From IMG/VR virus record IMGVR_UViG_3300020166_000007: DNA of 32,896 nt. One strand, given 5' to 3'. Below, in pieces: positions 31,177-32,896 of the stretch (positions are counted from its first letter, which is position 1; the number at the start of each line of letters is the position of its first letter). The stretch comes from a virus. The notes under the pieces were generated by a model. The model was not told the DNA's origin. It saw nothing but the letters and a program-made list of their open reading frames with translations, and ran no database searches. Made by a program: the position numbers and the translations under genes.

Positions 31177-31502
31177 TGAATGCAGGAAAATTAAATACTA
31201 GAGTTGAGGTTAAGAGATTAACTAAGACGCCAGATGGATTTGGAGGAACCACTTCGACTACAGCAACTGTAGAGACTCTATGGGCAAATAAAAAGGATAT
31301 GAAGGGCGATATTTCAGATACTGAAGGCAAACGTGGTCGATCAGTAATGATTGAATTAGAGCTAAGAAAAAAGGCGGCTGATTTAATCCAGGATAATGAC
31401 ATTTTAAAAATAGAAAATAAACCAGGGAATTATCGTATAAATGGTATTTACGATAGTGACCAGGATTTTTTTACTGTAATCAAAGCCACAAAACTAGATT
31501 AA
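31176..31502 (+). CDS. Head-tail adaptor / head closure protein (SPP1 gp16-like)
   Basis: 108 aa. The sequence is MNAGKLNTRVEVKRLTKTPDGFGGTTSTTATVETLWANKKDMKG. The assignment rests on this pattern and on synteny. Confidence 0.65.
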   Translation: MNAGKLNTRVEVKRLTKTPDGFGGTTSTTATVETLWANKKDMKGDISDTEGKRGRSVMIELELRKKAADLIQDNDILKIENKPGNYRINGIYDSDQDFFTVIKATKLD

Positions 31503-31861
31503 TGAAAGTAGAATTTAATAAATCCGACTATAATAAACTACAGGCAAAATTAACAAAATTAAAGGCTATTGACAGAACGCTGTTATCTACTGAAATAGGA
31601 AGAGGCGCTTTAAATATTGCTAGAGATATGAAAAGAAATGCGCCAGTAGATAATGGGGATTTAAAAAAATTAATTAAATCTGTTGTAAATAATAAGCAAG
31701 CTGAAATTAGATCGGATGCTGATTATTCTGCATATGTAGAATTTGGCGGAGGCACACCTAGAAAAACTGGTGAGATTCCTTTCTTTTACCCAGCTATAAA
31801 TAGAGGAATGCCTAAAATGATAGCTAGTATTAATAACACAATTAAAAAACTACTCAAATGA
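31502..31861 (+). CDS. HK97 gp10-family tail-completion/neck protein
   Basis: 119 aa. The motif DNGDLKKLIKS...DADYSAYVEFGGG is the gp10-family signature. Confidence 0.6.
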   Translation: MKVEFNKSDYNKLQAKLTKLKAIDRTLLSTEIGRGALNIARDMKRNAPVDNGDLKKLIKSVVNNKQAEIRSDADYSAYVEFGGGTPRKTGEIPFFYPAINRGMPKMIASINNTIKKLLK

Positions 31862-32298
31862 TAGAGGCAATCCATTTTATAAGAAAGGCGATTATAACAC
31901 GTCTAACAAACGCAATTACATCCAATGGGGTAACTGTGCCAATTTATAATAGAGTGCCTAACGATGCCTCTGAGCCTTATATAAGAGTATATTCAGTTGA
32001 CTCTACAGAGGTTGATCAAAATTCAGATACTTTTATGTTGGAATGCTCTACTAGGATTGAGGTGGTAACTTCATTTGTTGGTGATGATGGCGGAGAGTTG
32101 CAAGCGAATCAAATTGCATCGGACATTTTAACCCTAATTAGAACACGCTCTGGATCCTATTTCGATCTAAGTGCGGATGGATTTAATGTTTACACTTGCA
32201 CAAACCAGGGAACGAGTTATCTATATGAGGATGGCGGAGAGAAAACATATTTTAGAGCGATTTTAAATATTACCAATAGAGTAGAACAACCTAATTAA
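31858..32298 (+). CDS. Tail terminator-like protein (DUF3168 / SPP1 gp17-like)
   Basis: 146 aa. The pattern VPIYNRVPNDASEPYIRVY...IEVVTSF and the gene's position support the call. Confidence 0.5.
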   Translation: MIEAIHFIRKAIITRLTNAITSNGVTVPIYNRVPNDASEPYIRVYSVDSTEVDQNSDTFMLECSTRIEVVTSFVGDDGGELQANQIASDILTLIRTRSGSYFDLSADGFNVYTCTNQGTSYLYEDGGEKTYFRAILNITNRVEQPN

Positions 32299-32299
32299 A

Positions 32300-32440
32300 A
32301 TGGAGCAATTGAAAATATATTTTTTTAATGGAATAGCTTTAGCTATAAGCGTGACATCTATAAACCCATTTTTACAAACAATCAGTCTAGTGCTGGCAAT
32401 ATTATACACTGGAATTTCAATTTATAAAAAAATAAAATAA
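32300..32440 (+). CDS. Small membrane protein (46 aa), not in the track
   Basis: The product is MEQLKIYFFNGIALAISVTSINPFLQTISLVLAILYTGISIYKKIK. It is the first of three small membrane proteins upstream of the endolysin. Confidence 0.4.
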   Translation: MEQLKIYFFNGIALAISVTSINPFLQTISLVLAILYTGISIYKKIK

Positions 32441-32443
32441 AGT

Positions 32444-32740
32444 ATGTCCCCAAAAATTGATATTAATAACGATGGAAAAGCGGATTTTAGTATTTCGCCT
32501 ATGCAAATAATTACAATAGGAGCAATGTTTGCCTCAGTAATCGGATCATATTACACTCTAAACAATAGAACTAGTTTACTGGAGGAGGAGGTTTCTAAAT
32601 TACAATACAATCAAAAAGAGTACACTTGGAAAAATCAAAGAGAGCTTGAGGACCAGGTGAAACAAATTGAGCTGACTCTTAGAGATTTTATGAAGGATTT
32701 AGAATACCTAGGAAAAGACAATGATAAAAAACGTAGGTAA
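32444..32740 (+). CDS. Bitopic membrane protein with a C-terminal coiled coil (i-spanin-like or holin-accessory candidate)
   Basis: 98 aa. The TM segment is MQIITIGAMFASVIGSYYTL, followed by LLEEEVSKLQYNQ...LEDQVKQIELTLRDFMKDLEYL. Confidence 0.5.
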   Translation: MSPKIDINNDGKADFSISPMQIITIGAMFASVIGSYYTLNNRTSLLEEEVSKLQYNQKEYTWKNQRELEDQVKQIELTLRDFMKDLEYLGKDNDKKRR

Positions 32741-32896
32741 TACAGGAACTGTAGGAAACACCTTAAATTTAAATAATACAAACACAAAAATAGTTACAAA
32801 TAATATGGATACAATTATGATTTTTTTAGCAATTATTATAGTGATTTCAGCGGTTGCAATAATTTTGGCGTCACGTAAAATCCTCAAAGATGACAA
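32721..32896 (+). CDS. 5' part of the junction-spanning 83-aa membrane-protein ORF (continues at 128..203)
   Basis: ATG 32721 overlaps the previous gene by 20 nt. The frame stays open to the window end and matches the frame of 3..203. Confidence 0.5.
   Translation, partial: MIKNVGNTGTVGNTLNLNNTNTKIVTNNMDTIMIFLAIIIVISAVAIILASRKILKDD
32770..32896. repeat. Terminal direct repeat, copy 2 (identical to 1..127)
   Basis: Exact 127-nt identity with the window start. Confidence 0.95.

Noticed and set aside
1462-32896. All minus-strand ORFs in the track: 1462..1674, 5429..5611, 5720..5935, 6034..6216, 6413..6601, 10634..10897, 11036..11260, 11648..12037, 12161..12565, 13393..13599, 14124..14402, 15169..15465, 16247..16474, 17491..17784, 18420..18632, 20732..20950, 24210..24404, 25802..25999, 27497..27700, 29288..29521, 31127..31402 and 32708..32896.
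   Set aside because: Each lies antisense within, or largely overlapping, a long + strand gene that has recognisable motifs. None has a -7 box or a terminator of its own, and the products are low-complexity. They are most simply explained as chance open frames.
1-32896. Searched by eye for tRNA or tmRNA genes, CRISPR arrays, integrase/recombinase, repressor-Cro switches and a DNA polymerase.
   Set aside because: None was found. The intergenic spaces are short and are explained by promoters and terminators. Lifestyle (lytic or temperate) therefore cannot be asserted, beyond noting that no integrase gene is visible.

Overview
The window is a complete, circularly closed tailed-phage genome of about 32.77 kb. 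Bases 1..127 are repeated exactly at 32770..32896. All of the roughly 50 credible genes lie on the + strand, tightly packed and often joined by TAATG or ATGA stop/start overlaps. I saw no tRNA, rRNA, CRISPR array, integrase or reverse transcriptase.

Modules in circular order:
- Packaging and head: TerS, TerL, portal, MuF/gp7-like protein, HK97-type protease and HK97-type capsid.
- An insulated accessory island of micro-ORFs plus a PD-(D/E)XK nuclease.
- Head-tail joining genes.
- A lysis cassette that spans the contig junction.
- Two tail fibres with S74 chaperone domains, plus a BNR propeller protein.
- Major tail protein, a G/GT chaperone with a GGGAAAG -1 slippery site, tape measure, and a 692-aa distal tail protein.
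- An early module: HTH protein, Rad52-like SSAP candidate, small protein with an SSB-like tail, PD-(D/E)XK exonuclease, DnaA-domain-IV-like protein, VRR-NUC, initiator, primase-helicase and ParB-methyltransferase.

The expression signals are TAnnTTTG -7 boxes, no Shine-Dalgarno sequences and A/C-only leaders. These point to a Bacteroidota (Flavobacteriia-like) host.

Most unusual signals:
1. A several-fold, all-frame, codon-choice-driven excess of the quasi-palindrome CCWGG (102 sites by hand count). A 3.4-kb CCWGG-free island covers the second tail fibre.
2. A MuF head protein fused to an HExxH zincin-like domain, followed by a coupled small acidic ORF.
3. An iteron plus AT-tract origin candidate inside the initiator gene.
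4. One palindrome-bearing promoter/operator module present at both the early-region entry and the accessory island inside the late genes.
5. SSB-type (D/Q)-(L/I)-P-F C-terminal tips on both the small SSB-like protein and the primase-helicase, in a genome with no DNA polymerase.

All family assignments come from motif recognition by eye. No searches were run.
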